Assembly: GCA_964242925.1 (NCBI GenBank)
Contig: CAXTBW010000003.1
Span: 5,126-69,125 of the forward strand
Source of the DNA: an uncultured Acetobacteraceae bacterium
GTDB taxonomy: Bacteria > Pseudomonadota > Alphaproteobacteria > Acetobacterales > Acetobacteraceae
Length of the DNA stretch: 64,000 nt
Direction of reading: 5' to 3'
Made by a program: the position numbers and the translations under genes. The notes under the pieces are model-generated. The model searched no databases, was not told the DNA's origin, and was given only the letters and a program-made list of their open reading frames with translations. The first letter of the stretch is position 1, and every line of letters starts with the position of its first letter. Of the stretch, positions 10,250 to 19,708 are shown in pieces.

Positions 10250-11346
10250 CAGCGCACCTGCAGATCGGCTTGCAGCGCGCCGGCGGCCTTGATGGACTGC
10301 AGGATGCTGATCATGTCGCGTGGCCCCACCCCCAGCGCGTTGAGGCTGGCGACCAGATCGCGCAACGTCACGCTGCCCTGGATGATGCCGAGCCGCTTGT
10401 CCGACGCGTCGTCCACCTGGACGTTGGTTCGCGGCACGGTGGTGGTGGCGCCATTCGACAGCGGGCCCGGCTGCGACACCTGCGGCGTCTCGGTCACGCG
10501 GATGGTGAGGTTGCCCTGGGCGATCGCGACGGTGCTGACGCGGACGTTGGCGCCGATGACGATCGTGCCGCTGGCTTCGTCGATGACGACGATGGCCGGG
10601 CTGTCCGGTTCGACCCGCAGCTCCCCGATAATGCCCAGCGCGTCGACGACGTTGCGACCGCCGAGGTTGAGCGCGACAGTGCGGGGGTCGCGCGCCGCGG
10701 CCACCCCGCCGCCGAGCGCCGCGTTGATGGCGACCTGGATACGGTGGGCGGTGGTGAGGTCCGGGTTGCGCAGCCCAAGCCGCAGCTCCGGCCTGGCGCC
10801 CAGCGCGTAGGGCAGTTCCTTCTCCACGGTGGCGCCGTTGCTGATGCGGCCGGCGGTCGGGATGTTGCGGGTGACGGAGCTTGCGGCGCCGCGCGCGGCG
10901 ATGGCGCCGGTGGCGAGCGCGCCCTGTCCGACTGCGTAGACCTCGCCATCGGCGCCGAGCAGCGGGGTGACCAGCAGGGTGCCGCCAGTGAGGTCCTTCG
11001 CGTCGCCCAGGGCGGAGACGGCGATGTCGATCCGGCTGCCGCCGCGGGCGAAGGCGGGCAGGTTGGCGGTGACCATGACGGCGGCGACGTTCTTGGTCTG
11101 CAGTTGGGCCGCCTGGTCGCGGGTGTTGACGCCGAGTCGCTCCAGCATGCCGATCAGCGACTGCCGGGTGAACACGGCGTTGTCCAGGCGGTCGCCGGTG
11201 CCGTTGAGGCCGACGACGAGGCCGTAGCCGATAAGCTGGTTCTCACGGATGCCTTCGACGTCCGCGATGTCCTTGATGCGGACCTCGGCGGCGGCGAGAA
11301 CGCCCCCGAAACTGGGAATAAGGGTGAGGACCGCGAGGATGAGCAT
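10249..11346 (-). CDS. flgI: Flagellar P-ring protein
   Basis: RIKDIA, NQLIGYGLVVGLNGTGD, KNVAAVMVTA, ILQSIKAAGALQA; start chosen downstream of the sigma54 site. Confidence 0.96.
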   Translation of the reverse strand: MLILAVLTLIPSFGGVLAAAEVRIKDIADVEGIRENQLIGYGLVVGLNGTGDRLDNAVFTRQSLIGMLERLGVNTRDQAAQLQTKNVAAVMVTANLPAFARGGSRIDIAVSALGDAKDLTGGTLLVTPLLGADGEVYAVGQGALATGAIAARGAASSVTRNIPTAGRISNGATVEKELPYALGARPELRLGLRNPDLTTAHRIQVAINAALGGGVAAARDPRTVALNLGGRNVVDALGIIGELRVEPDSPAIVVIDEASGTIVIGANVRVSTVAIAQGNLTIRVTETPQVSQPGPLSNGATTTVPRTNVQVDDASDKRLGIIQGSVTLRDLVASLNALGVGPRDMISILQSIKAAGALQADLQVR

Positions 11347-11407
11347 TCGCAAAGGGTGCGTCTTTCCGGCTCGTTCAGCTTTAGGCGGCAAAGTCGGTCG
11401 GGAGAGC

Positions 11408-11422
11408 GCAAGCGGCGTGCCA
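11408..11422 (-). promoter_or_regulatory. Sigma54 -24/-12 promoter of flgI operon
   Basis: Minus strand TGGCAC-GCCGC-TTGC. Confidence 0.85.
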
Positions 11423-11465
11423 GCCTAAATCGGCGTGAATTGGCTTATTTGGCGCGGCGTGGGGT

Positions 11466-11480
11466 CGGCAAATGTTGCCG
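11466..11480. promoter_or_regulatory. ftr-like (FlbD enhancer) palindrome
   Basis: CGGCA-AATGT-TGCCG upstream of the sigma54 site; same motif recurs at 16091-16109. Confidence 0.65.
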
Positions 11481-11517
11481 CTGGGCATGAGGAGCAGGGC
11501 GCATGGTGGTTTGGGCA

Positions 11518-11927
11518 TGACGGGCGTCGGACGGATCGGCCGCGCCGCGCCCGGCGCTGACACGGGGGCGCCGCGCCGCGCGTCCGGCTCGGGCGGCGAC
11601 TTTGCGGTCGGTGCTTCGGCGACGTCGGCCGCAGGTCCGGTAGGCGGAACGGCGTCCGTCGCAGGCGTGGTGGGCATGCTGCTGTTGCAGGAGGTGGCGG
11701 ACGCTCCGACACGGGACCGGCAGGCGAGGCGGCATGGCCGGGCGTTGCTGGAGGGGCTGACCGAGCTCCAGCGGGCCTTGCTGGGCGACGGAGACGATTC
11801 GGCGGCGCTGGACCGGTTGGCGGCGCTGGTGGAGCACTGCCCGGAGGCGGCCGACCCAGCTCTGCGCGCCACGCTGGCCGCCGTTGCGCTGCGTGCGAGG
11901 GTGGAGCTGGCCCGCCGGGAGCTGTGA
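11518..11927 (+). CDS. fliX: Flagellar assembly regulator FliX
   Basis: LLLQEV, GRALLEGLTELQRALL, VALRARVELAR; divergent from flgI and upstream of dksA; start uncertain (11472-11518). Confidence 0.82.
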
Positions 11928-12088
11928 TGGTTCGGTGACAAGGCCTTGGAATGGCGAAAAAGCCCGATCCGCTTGCCGTTCTAAGCCGTTTTGAGTCAAT
12001 TCCGCCCTTGGCGGCGCGAACGCCCATCGCTATACAGCCGCCCGACAGCACCGCCGATGGCGTTCTGGATCGCGAAGGACTGGCACAG

Positions 12089-12505
12089 ATGATGCTGACG
12101 CTGCCCCCTGACTATCGTCCTGCTGAGCACGAAGAGTTCATGGAGGAGCGCCAGTCGGAGTACTTCCGGCAGAAATTGCTGAGGTGGCGCAACGATCTGC
12201 TGCGAGAGGCCGACGGCACCCTGGCCAGCCTGTCGGAGGGCGGCATCCTCGAGGCGGACATCACCGACCGCGCGAGCGTGGAAACCGATCGGGCGCTCGA
12301 GCTGCGCACCCGGGACCGCGCCCGCAAGCTCATCAGCAAGATCGACCAGGCGCTGCAACGGATCGACAGCGGCACGTACGGCTTCTGCGAGGAGACCGGC
12401 GAGCCGATCGGCCTGCGGCGGCTGGAGGCGCGCCCGATCGCCACGTTGTCGATCGAGGCGCAGGAGCGACACGAGCGGATGGAGCGGGTGCACCGCGACG
12501 ACTGA
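12089..12505 (+). CDS. dksA: RNA polymerase-binding protein DksA (alpha-type, single Cys)
   Basis: DITDRASVET, RTRDRARKLISKID, GTYGFCEETGEPIGLRRLEARPIATLSIEAQERHE; GAAGGA RBS. Confidence 0.95.
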   Translation: MMLTLPPDYRPAEHEEFMEERQSEYFRQKLLRWRNDLLREADGTLASLSEGGILEADITDRASVETDRALELRTRDRARKLISKIDQALQRIDSGTYGFCEETGEPIGLRRLEARPIATLSIEAQERHERMERVHRDD

Positions 12506-12535
12506 GGCGCAGTCGCAAGCGGCGACACTAGACGC

Positions 12536-12630
12536 GCTCTCCTTCTCGGAGAGTGTTGGGTGAGGGGCCTTGCCGCCCGGCGGTCATCCATCGCGCAGCC
12601 CTCACTCCGACCCTCTCCCAAAGGGAGAGC
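12536..12630. repeat. Degenerate REP-like palindromic element (two inverted CCCTCAC..CCCTCTCCC..GGGAGAG units)
   Basis: Between convergent dksA and flgH; same family as 60617-60714. Confidence 0.7.
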
Positions 12631-12695
12631 AAAAGAGGTGCGATTTAGACGGGCAGGCGATCCCGCTCCGCATCCGTCGAAATGGCCGGCCCGGG

Positions 12696-13427
12696 TCAAA
12701 ACGGCAGGATCGCATCAAGGATTTGCTGGCCGTAGCGCGGCTGCTGCAGGTCGGTGAGCGTGCCGCGGCCGCCATAGGCGATGCGGGCCTCGGCCATGCG
12801 ATCGTGCACCACGGTGTTGTCGCTCGCGATATCCTGCGGGCGGACGACGCCGCTCACTTGCAACTCCCGCAGCTCGTTATTCACCCGCATCTCCTGCCGC
12901 GCCACCACGACCAGGTTTCCCGTGGGCAGCACCTGGGTGACTACGCCGGCCAGACGCAGGGTGACCGCCTCGTTGCGCTTGATGGTCCCCGTCCCCGTAT
13001 TGGTGTTGGTGCTGTTGGTGGTCACCAGGTTGTTCAAATCGGCCGACTTGCCCAGGATCTTCTGCAACCGCGCCTGCAGGCCCAGCAGGTTGGGCGTGGC
13101 CTCCGCCTCCGAGCCGGCGCGGGTGGCGCCGGTGGCGTTGCCGAGGTTGGCGGACTCGGCGATGTTGACCAGCACGGTGAGCACATCGCCGACCTGGGCC
13201 GCGCGCTGGTCCTTGAAGAAGGCCCGGCTGCCGGAGCGCCACAGGCTGTTGACCTGGGTGGGCGCCAGGTCCGGGCGCGGCGAGGGCATGGTGACCGGGC
13301 GCCAGGCCGGGTCGCGGGTCGGGTCGCTGGGCGCCGTCATGCTCGGCGGATGGCCGACCTCCGCCAGCTTGGACAGCACGCCGCAGCCGGAGAGCGCCAG
13401 CGTGGTCGCCAATAGGACGGCCCTCAT
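12696..13427 (-). CDS. flgH: Flagellar L-ring lipoprotein
   Basis: Lipobox LSGC, FFKDQRAAQVGDVLTV, GVVRPQDI, AEARIAYGGRG. Confidence 0.96.
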   Translation of the reverse strand: MRAVLLATTLALSGCGVLSKLAEVGHPPSMTAPSDPTRDPAWRPVTMPSPRPDLAPTQVNSLWRSGSRAFFKDQRAAQVGDVLTVLVNIAESANLGNATGATRAGSEAEATPNLLGLQARLQKILGKSADLNNLVTTNSTNTNTGTGTIKRNEAVTLRLAGVVTQVLPTGNLVVVARQEMRVNNELRELQVSGVVRPQDIASDNTVVHDRMAEARIAYGGRGTLTDLQQPRYGQQILDAILPF

Positions 13428-14425
13428 CGCGAGGCCACCCGGGTCGCATCCCTACTTGCGTCCCTGGGCGGCAGCGGCGCGCCCGGGGGCAGCAGGACGG
13501 GGGTGGCCCCGCTGATGCGGACCCTCCCGGCGCCGAGCACCTCCGCGTCCATCACGGCGCGGGCGGCAACGTTCAGCACGTGGACCGACTCTCCTACGCC
13601 GCCGCTGTCCATGGCGACACCCTGCGCGCTGATGGCGATCCCCGGCGCCTCCAGCTGCATCTGCACCGGGTCGCCGCGCTGCACGGCGAGCGGGCGGCCC
13701 ATGTCGGCCAGCACGAGCGGCGCGCCTGGGCCCACCGGTCGGCGCATCGCCTGGCCGATCGCCTGGCCCGGCGTGCGCGCGACGTCGCCGCGCACCGTGG
13801 CTGCGCGCAGGCGGGCGAGCTTGACGTCCCCCGCGCCGATGACGTCCCCGGGCGCCAAGCGGCGGGCGGCGACTGGCACTTCCAGCATCTCGACGACGCT
13901 GCCCGACAGGCGGGTGTGGGCGGGCGCCATGCCTTTGGCGGTGGCGGACAGCATGGCGGTGAAGCGGCCGCTGGCGGCGTCGTAGTCCAGCTGCGCCACG
14001 TCGGTGTGGGTTTCGCCGTCAGCGGGAACGGTCGGCGGAGCGAAGGCGGGCATCTCGATCTCCGCGTCGGAGGGCACGCCGCGGACGGCGAGGGCGGCGC
14101 GAAGGGCCGCCATCGCGACGTCCCGCGGCAGCGGCTTGCCGGGGCGTTCCAGCACGATGCGCTCGCCGGAGCTGGAGGGACGCCAATCGACGCCGAATTG
14201 ACGGGCGATGGCGGCGAGCTGCGGCGCTTCCACGACGATGCGGCCGCCGGGTTCGGGGCCGGGGCCGATGGCCCGGTCGGCCTCCACGCCGTCCCACAGG
14301 TCGGACAGGCGGACCGCGGGGTCGGACAGGGTGGTGTTGGCGCGCAGGCTTGCGGCGTGCGCGGCCGTCGCAAACACGAGCGGGGTGAACGCGAGCGCGA
14401 GCGCCGCGAGGAGGGGAGTTCGCAT
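13424..14425 (-). CDS. flgA: Flagellar P-ring formation chaperone
   Basis: Signal peptide, VRLSDL, SAF-like VPVAARRLAPGDVI, VQRGDPV; between flgG and flgH. Confidence 0.9.
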   Translation of the reverse strand: MRTPLLAALALAFTPLVFATAAHAASLRANTTLSDPAVRLSDLWDGVEADRAIGPGPEPGGRIVVEAPQLAAIARQFGVDWRPSSSGERIVLERPGKPLPRDVAMAALRAALAVRGVPSDAEIEMPAFAPPTVPADGETHTDVAQLDYDAASGRFTAMLSATAKGMAPAHTRLSGSVVEMLEVPVAARRLAPGDVIGAGDVKLARLRAATVRGDVARTPGQAIGQAMRRPVGPGAPLVLADMGRPLAVQRGDPVQMQLEAPGIAISAQGVAMDSGGVGESVHVLNVAARAVMDAEVLGAGRVRISGATPVLLPPGAPLPPRDASRDATRVASR

Positions 14426-14430
14426 GGCGC

Positions 14431-15216
14431 TCACCGCAGGTTCGTCAGGGTGGAGAGCATCTGGTCGGACGTGGTGATGACGCGGCTGTTCATCTCGTAG
14501 GCGCGCTGCGCGGTGATGAGGTTCGAGATCTCGGTCACGACGTTCACGTTGGAGCCCTCGACGAAGCCCTGCTGCAGGCTGCCGAAGCCGGGCGCCGCGG
14601 GCGCCCCCGTGGTGGCGTTGCCGCTGGCGCCGCTTTGCAGGAACAGGTTGTTTCCCTGCGCGTCGAGCCCCGCCTCGTTCGGGAACACGGCAAGCTGCAG
14701 CGTGCCGACGACTTGCGGCGCGGTGACGCCGCTCTGGCTGACCTGGACGCTGCCGCCGGCGCTGATGGTGACGGCGGTCGCGTTGGTGGGGATGACGATG
14801 CCGCCCGCCACCGGGTAGCCGTCTGCGGTGACGATGGTGCCGTCGGGCGCCAGGGCGAAAGTGCCGTCGCGGGTGTAGGCGGTCTCGCCGGAGGGCAGCG
14901 TGACGGGGAAGTAGCCGTTGCCGCTGATCGCCAGGTCCAGGCTGTTGGAGGTCTGCTGCAGGGTGCCCTGTTCGTTGATGCGGTAGATGGCGGCCGTGCG
15001 CACGCCCAGGCCGACCTGCGCGCCGGCGGGCACCACCGTGCCGCTGTCCGACGTGTTGGAGCCGACGCGGCGCATGGACTGGTACATCAGGTCCTGGAAC
15101 TCCGCCCGGCGGCGCTTGAAGCCGGTGGTGGTCATGTTGGCCAGGTTGTTGGAGATGACGTCCACGTTGGTCTGCTGGGCTTGCATGCCGGTGGCGGCGA
15201 TGTCGAGCGAACGCAT
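14431..15216 (-). CDS. flgG: Flagellar distal rod protein
   Basis: AATGMQAQQTNVDVISNNLAN, AYTRDG, SNVNVVTE, QRAYEMNSRVI. Confidence 0.97.
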   Translation of the reverse strand: MRSLDIAATGMQAQQTNVDVISNNLANMTTTGFKRRRAEFQDLMYQSMRRVGSNTSDSGTVVPAGAQVGLGVRTAAIYRINEQGTLQQTSNSLDLAISGNGYFPVTLPSGETAYTRDGTFALAPDGTIVTADGYPVAGGIVIPTNATAVTISAGGSVQVSQSGVTAPQVVGTLQLAVFPNEAGLDAQGNNLFLQSGASGNATTGAPAAPGFGSLQQGFVEGSNVNVVTEISNLITAQRAYEMNSRVITTSDQMLSTLTNLR

Positions 15217-15228
15217 TGCGCTGATCCC

Positions 15229-15969
15229 TTACGACTGGTGCTGGGTGAGTTTGTCGATGGCGGATTGCTGGCGCTCGCCCTCGCTTTGCAGGAACTGCGT
15301 GACGAATTGGAACTCGCGCAGCTCGTTCATCATGCGGGTGGTTTCGGCGACCGGCTGGACGTTGCTCTCCTCGAGCGCGCCGCCGGTGACCTTGGGCGCC
15401 GCGACGGCCGCGGTGGGGGTGTCGGCGGTGAACAGATGGTCGCCCTGCGCCTGCATGCGGTTGAGGTCGACGGGCGCCACGATGCCGATTTTGCCGAGCG
15501 AGCCGTTCTGGCTGAGCAGCGATCCGTCTCCGGCGACGCGCAGTTGGGTGTCGGCGGCGGCGACGTGGAGGGGGGAGCCGCCGGTGTCGAGCAGGGCGTT
15601 GCCGTCGCCGTCCGCGACGGTTCCGTCGGCCTGCAGGTCGAACCGGCCGGCGCGGGTGAGCATAGGACCGCCCTTGGTCTGGACGGTGAAGAAGCCGGGT
15701 CCGGAGATGGCCAGGTCGAGCGGGTTCGTGGTTTGGTTGATCGGACCCTCGGCGGCGTCGCGGTAGGTGGCGCGGTCCTGGGTGAAGGCGAGCACGCGGC
15801 CGCCGGGCACGGAGTCGACGCCGGTTTGGCGCTGCAGCCAGTCGGCGAACAGCGTGTGCCCGGTCTTGAAGCCGGGCGTGCTGGTGTTGGCGAGGTTGGT
15901 CGCGGTCACGTCCATGGCGCGCTGCTGGGCGACGAGGCGGGACAGGGCGATGGTGGTGGCATTCTGCAT
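15229..15969 (-). CDS. flgF: Flagellar proximal rod protein
   Basis: NLANTSTPGFK, TNPLDLAISG, LTRAG, LEESNV. Confidence 0.92.
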   Translation of the reverse strand: MQNATTIALSRLVAQQRAMDVTATNLANTSTPGFKTGHTLFADWLQRQTGVDSVPGGRVLAFTQDRATYRDAAEGPINQTTNPLDLAISGPGFFTVQTKGGPMLTRAGRFDLQADGTVADGDGNALLDTGGSPLHVAAADTQLRVAGDGSLLSQNGSLGKIGIVAPVDLNRMQAQGDHLFTADTPTAAVAAPKVTGGALEESNVQPVAETTRMMNELREFQFVTQFLQSEGERQQSAIDKLTQHQS

Positions 15970-16005
15970 CGAGGTTCGCGTCCGGCTGGTTCGGACGGAT
16001 TGAGC

Positions 16006-16020
16006 GCAAGCGATGTGCCA
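16006..16020 (-). promoter_or_regulatory. Sigma54 -24/-12 promoter of flgFGAH
   Basis: Minus strand TGGCAC-ATCGC-TTGC, 36 bp upstream of flgF ATG. Confidence 0.85.
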
Positions 16021-16090
16021 CGCGCCGCGTCGTGGTTTTGCGAGCAAAATGGGTGTTTTCAGCATAGCCGGAGCGACGTTCGAAGTGCAG

Positions 16091-16109
16091 CCCGGCAAGG
16101 CGTGCCGGG
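16091..16109. promoter_or_regulatory. ftr-like (FlbD enhancer) palindrome
   Basis: CCCGGCA-AGGCG-TGCCGGG, about 70 bp upstream of the sigma54 site. Confidence 0.7.
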
Positions 16110-16136
16110 TCAGCCGCGCCGGTTCGCTCCGCGCCG

Positions 16137-16152
16137 TTACCAAGCCTTTAAC
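16137..16152 (+). promoter_or_regulatory. CtrA-like binding site upstream of fliL
   Basis: TTAC-N7-TTAAC, one mismatch to TTAA-N7-TTAAC. Confidence 0.6.
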
Positions 16153-16194
16153 CTTTGCAAGGCAAGTTGATCGCGCTCAGGCGGGGGTCGGCGA

Positions 16195-16716
16195 ATGAGT
16201 TCAGCAGTTGCGGCGATGGCTCCTGGCGGCGCGGCGGGCGCGAAAGCGGCTGGCGCCAAGGGTGGCGGCAAGAAGAAGTTGATGCTCATTGCAATGCCGC
16301 TGCTTCTGGTGGCGGTCCTGGCCGGATTGTGGTTTTCCGGCGTGCTGCCGGGCCTGCTGGGCATGGGGCATAAGGTGGCCGAGGAGGCGCGGCCTGCCGG
16401 CGAGCATGCGGCGCCGGTGTTCGTCGAGCTTCCCGAGATGATCGCCAACCTGAACGCGCCGGGTCGGCGCCCCGTATTCGTCAAGCTGAAGGTCCGGCTG
16501 GAGCTGGCCCGCGCGGAGGACCAGGCGGCGTTCGCCGCCGCGCAGCCGCGCGTGGTCGACTTGTTCCAGACCTATTTGCGGGAGATGCGTCCGGAGGAGC
16601 TGCGCGGCTCCGCCGGCACATACCGACTGCGGGAGGAGCTGATCGCCCGCGCGAGCCTGGCCGTGGCGCCGGCGACGGTGACGGACGTGCTGTTCAGCGA
16701 GTTGCTGGTTCAATGA
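16195..16716 (+). CDS. fliL: Flagellar basal body-associated protein FliL
   Basis: KKK plus TM helix, PVFVELPEMIANL, DLFQTYLRE, LRGSAG. Confidence 0.93.
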   Translation: MSSAVAAMAPGGAAGAKAAGAKGGGKKKLMLIAMPLLLVAVLAGLWFSGVLPGLLGMGHKVAEEARPAGEHAAPVFVELPEMIANLNAPGRRPVFVKLKVRLELARAEDQAAFAAAQPRVVDLFQTYLREMRPEELRGSAGTYRLREELIARASLAVAPATVTDVLFSELLVQ

Positions 16717-17732
16717 GCGGCGAGACCGGGCTGGCCGAGTGGGATGAGGGCGGCAACGCCGCGCCGGCCCGCGTGCTGAACCAGGAGGAGATCGACAGCC
16801 TGCTTGGCTTCGACGGCGGTCCGGCGGCGGAGGACAGCCGGTCCGGCATGCACCGGATCATCTCGTCGGGGCTGGTGTCCTACGAGCGACTGCCGATGCT
16901 GGAGATCGTGTTCGACCGGCTGGTGCGGATCATGTCGACCAGCTTGCGGAACTTCACGTCGGACAACGTGGAGGTGTCGATCGACAACATCCTGTCGCTG
17001 CGCTTCGGCGACTACCTCAACTCGATCGCGCTGCCGGCGATGCTGGCGGTCTTCAAGGCGGAGGAATGGGACAATTACGGGCTGATGGTGGTGGATTCCG
17101 CGATGATCTACTCGATCGTGGACGTGCTGTTGGGCGGCCGGCGCGGCACCGCGGCGATGCGCATCGAAGGCCGGCCCTACACCACGATCGAGCGCACGCT
17201 GGTCGAGCGGCTGATCGAGGTGGTGCTGGCCGATCTGTCCGCGAGCTTCGATCCGCTGTGCCCAGTGACGTTCAAGTTCGAGCGGCTGGAGGTGAACCCG
17301 CGGTTCGCCACGATCAGCCGGTTGTCGAACGCGGCGGTGCTGGCGCGGCTGCGGGTGGACATGGAGGACCGCGGCGGGCGGCTGGAGCTGCTGCTGCCGT
17401 ACGCGACCCTGGAGCCGGTGCGCGAGCTGCTGCTGCAGCAGTTCATGGGTGAGAAGTTCGGTCGCGACAGCATCTGGGAGACGCACTTGGCGGAGGAGCT
17501 GTGGGCCACGGACGTCGACCTCGAAGTGGTGCTGGACGAGCAGGTGATGAGCCTGTCCGAGGTGATGGCGCTCAAGCCGGGAAGCCAGATCATGCTGGCA
17601 TGCGGGCCGGGCAGCGCGGTGCAGCTTCGGTGCGGCGCGGTGACGTTGTTCGAGGGCCGCGTGGGTCGGCGCAAGAACCGCGTCGCCGTGCGGATCGAGC
17701 GCGAAGTTGCTTCCGCGCCGAGGGATGCATGA
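16713..17732 (+). CDS. fliM: Flagellar motor switch protein FliM
   Basis: LNQEEIDSLL, YERLPMLEIVFDRL, GRPYTTIE, C-terminal SpoA domain. Confidence 0.96.
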   Translation: MSGETGLAEWDEGGNAAPARVLNQEEIDSLLGFDGGPAAEDSRSGMHRIISSGLVSYERLPMLEIVFDRLVRIMSTSLRNFTSDNVEVSIDNILSLRFGDYLNSIALPAMLAVFKAEEWDNYGLMVVDSAMIYSIVDVLLGGRRGTAAMRIEGRPYTTIERTLVERLIEVVLADLSASFDPLCPVTFKFERLEVNPRFATISRLSNAAVLARLRVDMEDRGGRLELLLPYATLEPVRELLLQQFMGEKFGRDSIWETHLAEELWATDVDLEVVLDEQVMSLSEVMALKPGSQIMLACGPGSAVQLRCGAVTLFEGRVGRRKNRVAVRIEREVASAPRDA

Positions 17733-17745
17733 TGGAGGACGCCGC

Positions 17746-18198
17746 ATGATGGCCGGATGGCAGATGCTGCTCGAGGCCGGGCTGGTGGCGTTGCTGGGCG
17801 TCACGCTGTTCCACGCGGTGCGGCTGGAGCGGGCGCTCGGAGTGGTGCGGCGGGACCGGGCGGAGCTGGAGGAGCTGTTGCGCGGCTTCAACGAGAGCAC
17901 GCGGGCTGCGGAGAACGGCGTGGAGCGGCTGCGCGGGGCGGCGGACGGCGCCGGACGGCACATCGCGCGGCAGATCGAGGCGGCGGCCAATTTGAAGGAC
18001 GACTTGACCACTCTGATCGAGCGTGGCGAGCGAATCGCCGACCGGCTGGATGGTCAGGTTCGCGCCAGCCGGGACATGGAGCCGCAGTCCCGGCGGTACC
18101 CGGCTCCGGAGGCGTTGCCGCCAGAGCCGGCCAGCGGCGTGCGCGTGCGCAGCCAGGCGGAGCGAGATTTGCTGCGCGCGCTGCGGGTGACCCGGTGA
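17746..18198 (+). CDS. Conserved flagellar-cluster membrane protein (DUF6468-like)
   Basis: N-terminal TM, coiled coil, RSQAERDLLRAL C-terminus; between fliM and motE. Confidence 0.65.
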   Translation: MMAGWQMLLEAGLVALLGVTLFHAVRLERALGVVRRDRAELEELLRGFNESTRAAENGVERLRGAADGAGRHIARQIEAAANLKDDLTTLIERGERIADRLDGQVRASRDMEPQSRRYPAPEALPPEPASGVRVRSQAERDLLRALRVTR

Positions 18199-18875
18199 TG
18201 CGCCCGCGTTTGCTGCCGGCGACCATGGCCGTCGCGGTGGCGCTGCTGGTGAGCAAGCTGGCCGGGCTGGGTTTCGCCCTGCTTCCGGCCGGAGCGCTGG
18301 TGGTGGCGAAAGCCGAGGCGGCGCCCACCCAGGAAGGGCATGCCGCGCCGGCGCCTGCTGCGGCGCCAACTCAGACGCCGACCGCGGCGGCCGCCCCAGC
18401 GCCGCCTCGCGAACCAAGCGGCCCGCCGCCGCCGCCTGCGGTCAGCGAGGGGGAGCGCCGTCTGTTGCAGGACCTGCGCGGCCGCCGGCTGGAGCTGGAC
18501 ACGCGGGAGCGCACGCTGACTCAACGTGAGGGCGTGCTGGATGCGGCGGAGCAACGTCTGTCGGCGCGGGTGACGCAGTTGTCGACGCTGCAGGCGCGGC
18601 TGGAGCAGCTGGACCAGGCGCGGCGCGAGCGCGACGAGGCGAACTGGACAGGTCTGGTGAAGGTCTACGAGACGATGAAGCCGCGCGAAGCCGCCGTGAT
18701 CTTCAATGACATGGACGCGGCCGTGCTGCTGAACGTGCTGGACCGGATGAAGGAGGCCAAGGCGGCCGGGGTGCTGGCCGCGATGCAGCCGGACCGGGCT
18801 CGCCTGGCGACGGTGCAGCTTGCCGCGCGACGCACACGCGCCACTGCGGCGCCTGCGCCGCCCGATGCTGGTTAA
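18198..18875 (+). CDS. motE: MotE family protein
   Basis: LVKVYETMKPREAAVIF...MKEAKAAGVLAAM. Confidence 0.75.
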   Translation: MRPRLLPATMAVAVALLVSKLAGLGFALLPAGALVVAKAEAAPTQEGHAAPAPAAAPTQTPTAAAAPAPPREPSGPPPPPAVSEGERRLLQDLRGRRLELDTRERTLTQREGVLDAAEQRLSARVTQLSTLQARLEQLDQARRERDEANWTGLVKVYETMKPREAAVIFNDMDAAVLLNVLDRMKEAKAAGVLAAMQPDRARLATVQLAARRTRATAAPAPPDAG

Positions 18876-18885
18876 GGAGCCCCCG

Positions 18886-19266
18886 ATGGACACAAGCGCC
18901 GGCGTGCTGATCGTCGATGACTACAAGACGATGCTGCGGATCATGCGGAGTCTGCTGCGGCAGATCGAATTCCGCAACGTGGACGAGGCCAGCGATGGCG
19001 GAGAAGCGCTGCAGAAGCTGCGCGCCGGCGCATTCGGCCTCATCATCAGCGACTGGAACATGGCGCCGATGAGCGGGCTGGAGCTGTTGCAAGCGGTGCG
19101 CGCGGACCCGGTGCTGCGGCCGACGCCTTTCATCATGGTGACGGCGGAGAGCAAGACCGAGAATGTCGTCGCGGCGATGCAGGCCGGCGTCAGTGGTTAT
19201 ATCGTCAAGCCGTTCAACTCCGGGACGTTGCAGGACAAAATTGGTCGGGCGCTGGCCCGTGCGTGA
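18886..19266 (+). CDS. cheY: CheY-like response regulator
   Basis: LIVDD, ISDWNMAPMSG, MVTAE, YIVKPF. Confidence 0.9.
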   Translation: MDTSAGVLIVDDYKTMLRIMRSLLRQIEFRNVDEASDGGEALQKLRAGAFGLIISDWNMAPMSGLELLQAVRADPVLRPTPFIMVTAESKTENVVAAMQAGVSGYIVKPFNSGTLQDKIGRALARA

Positions 19267-19708
19267 GGCGTTGCGCCACGAGTTGCGGGAGCTGGCCGCA
19301 CGATTTGACATCGAGTTAGCGGATGTGTCGCTCGGCTTGGCCGACATGCTGAGCCAGCAATTGCCGTCGGTGATTGGCGAACTGCGCGCCGTGGCGGCGC
19401 ATGCGGAGTCGGCGACTGGCGTCATCCTGGATGCGTGCGAGGCGTTGGAGGTGGCGTGCGCCGGAGGCGAGGCCGCATGCACGCAGATCTACGAGGCGTG
19501 CTTGTTCCAGGACATCGTCGGCCAGCGCCTGGTCAAGGCGCTGAGCCTGCTTGAGGCGATGGAGACCAGGGCGGCCGGAATGCTTGACGTTTTAGGTCCG
19601 CCTGAGCCGGCCCCGCCGTGGGAGGCGCCGCTCGCGTCTGGTCCGCAATTGCGGCTCGTGGCAATGAATCAGCACGCAGTGGATGCCGTGATGGCGGCCG
19701 GCGCATGA
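19259..19708 (+). CDS. cheZ: CheZ-like phosphatase (alphaproteobacterial type)
   Basis: IYEACLFQDIVGQRL (DxxxQ motif); follows cheY. Confidence 0.72.
   Translation: MREALRHELRELAARFDIELADVSLGLADMLSQQLPSVIGELRAVAAHAESATGVILDACEALEVACAGGEAACTQIYEACLFQDIVGQRLVKALSLLEAMETRAAGMLDVLGPPEPAPPWEAPLASGPQLRLVAMNQHAVDAVMAAGA

Noticed and set aside
11951-12088. 46-aa N-terminal extension of DksA
   Set aside because: The region looks promoter-like and a GAAGGA RBS precedes ATG 12089
12081-12095. TGGCAC-N5-ATGC sigma54-like motif
   Set aside because: It overlaps the dksA start codon and has an imperfect -12; probably chance
13424-16021. 865-aa ORF suggesting a giant FlgA fusion
   Set aside because: The upstream part is an off-frame read of flgF/flgG; FlgA starts at 14425 with a signal peptide
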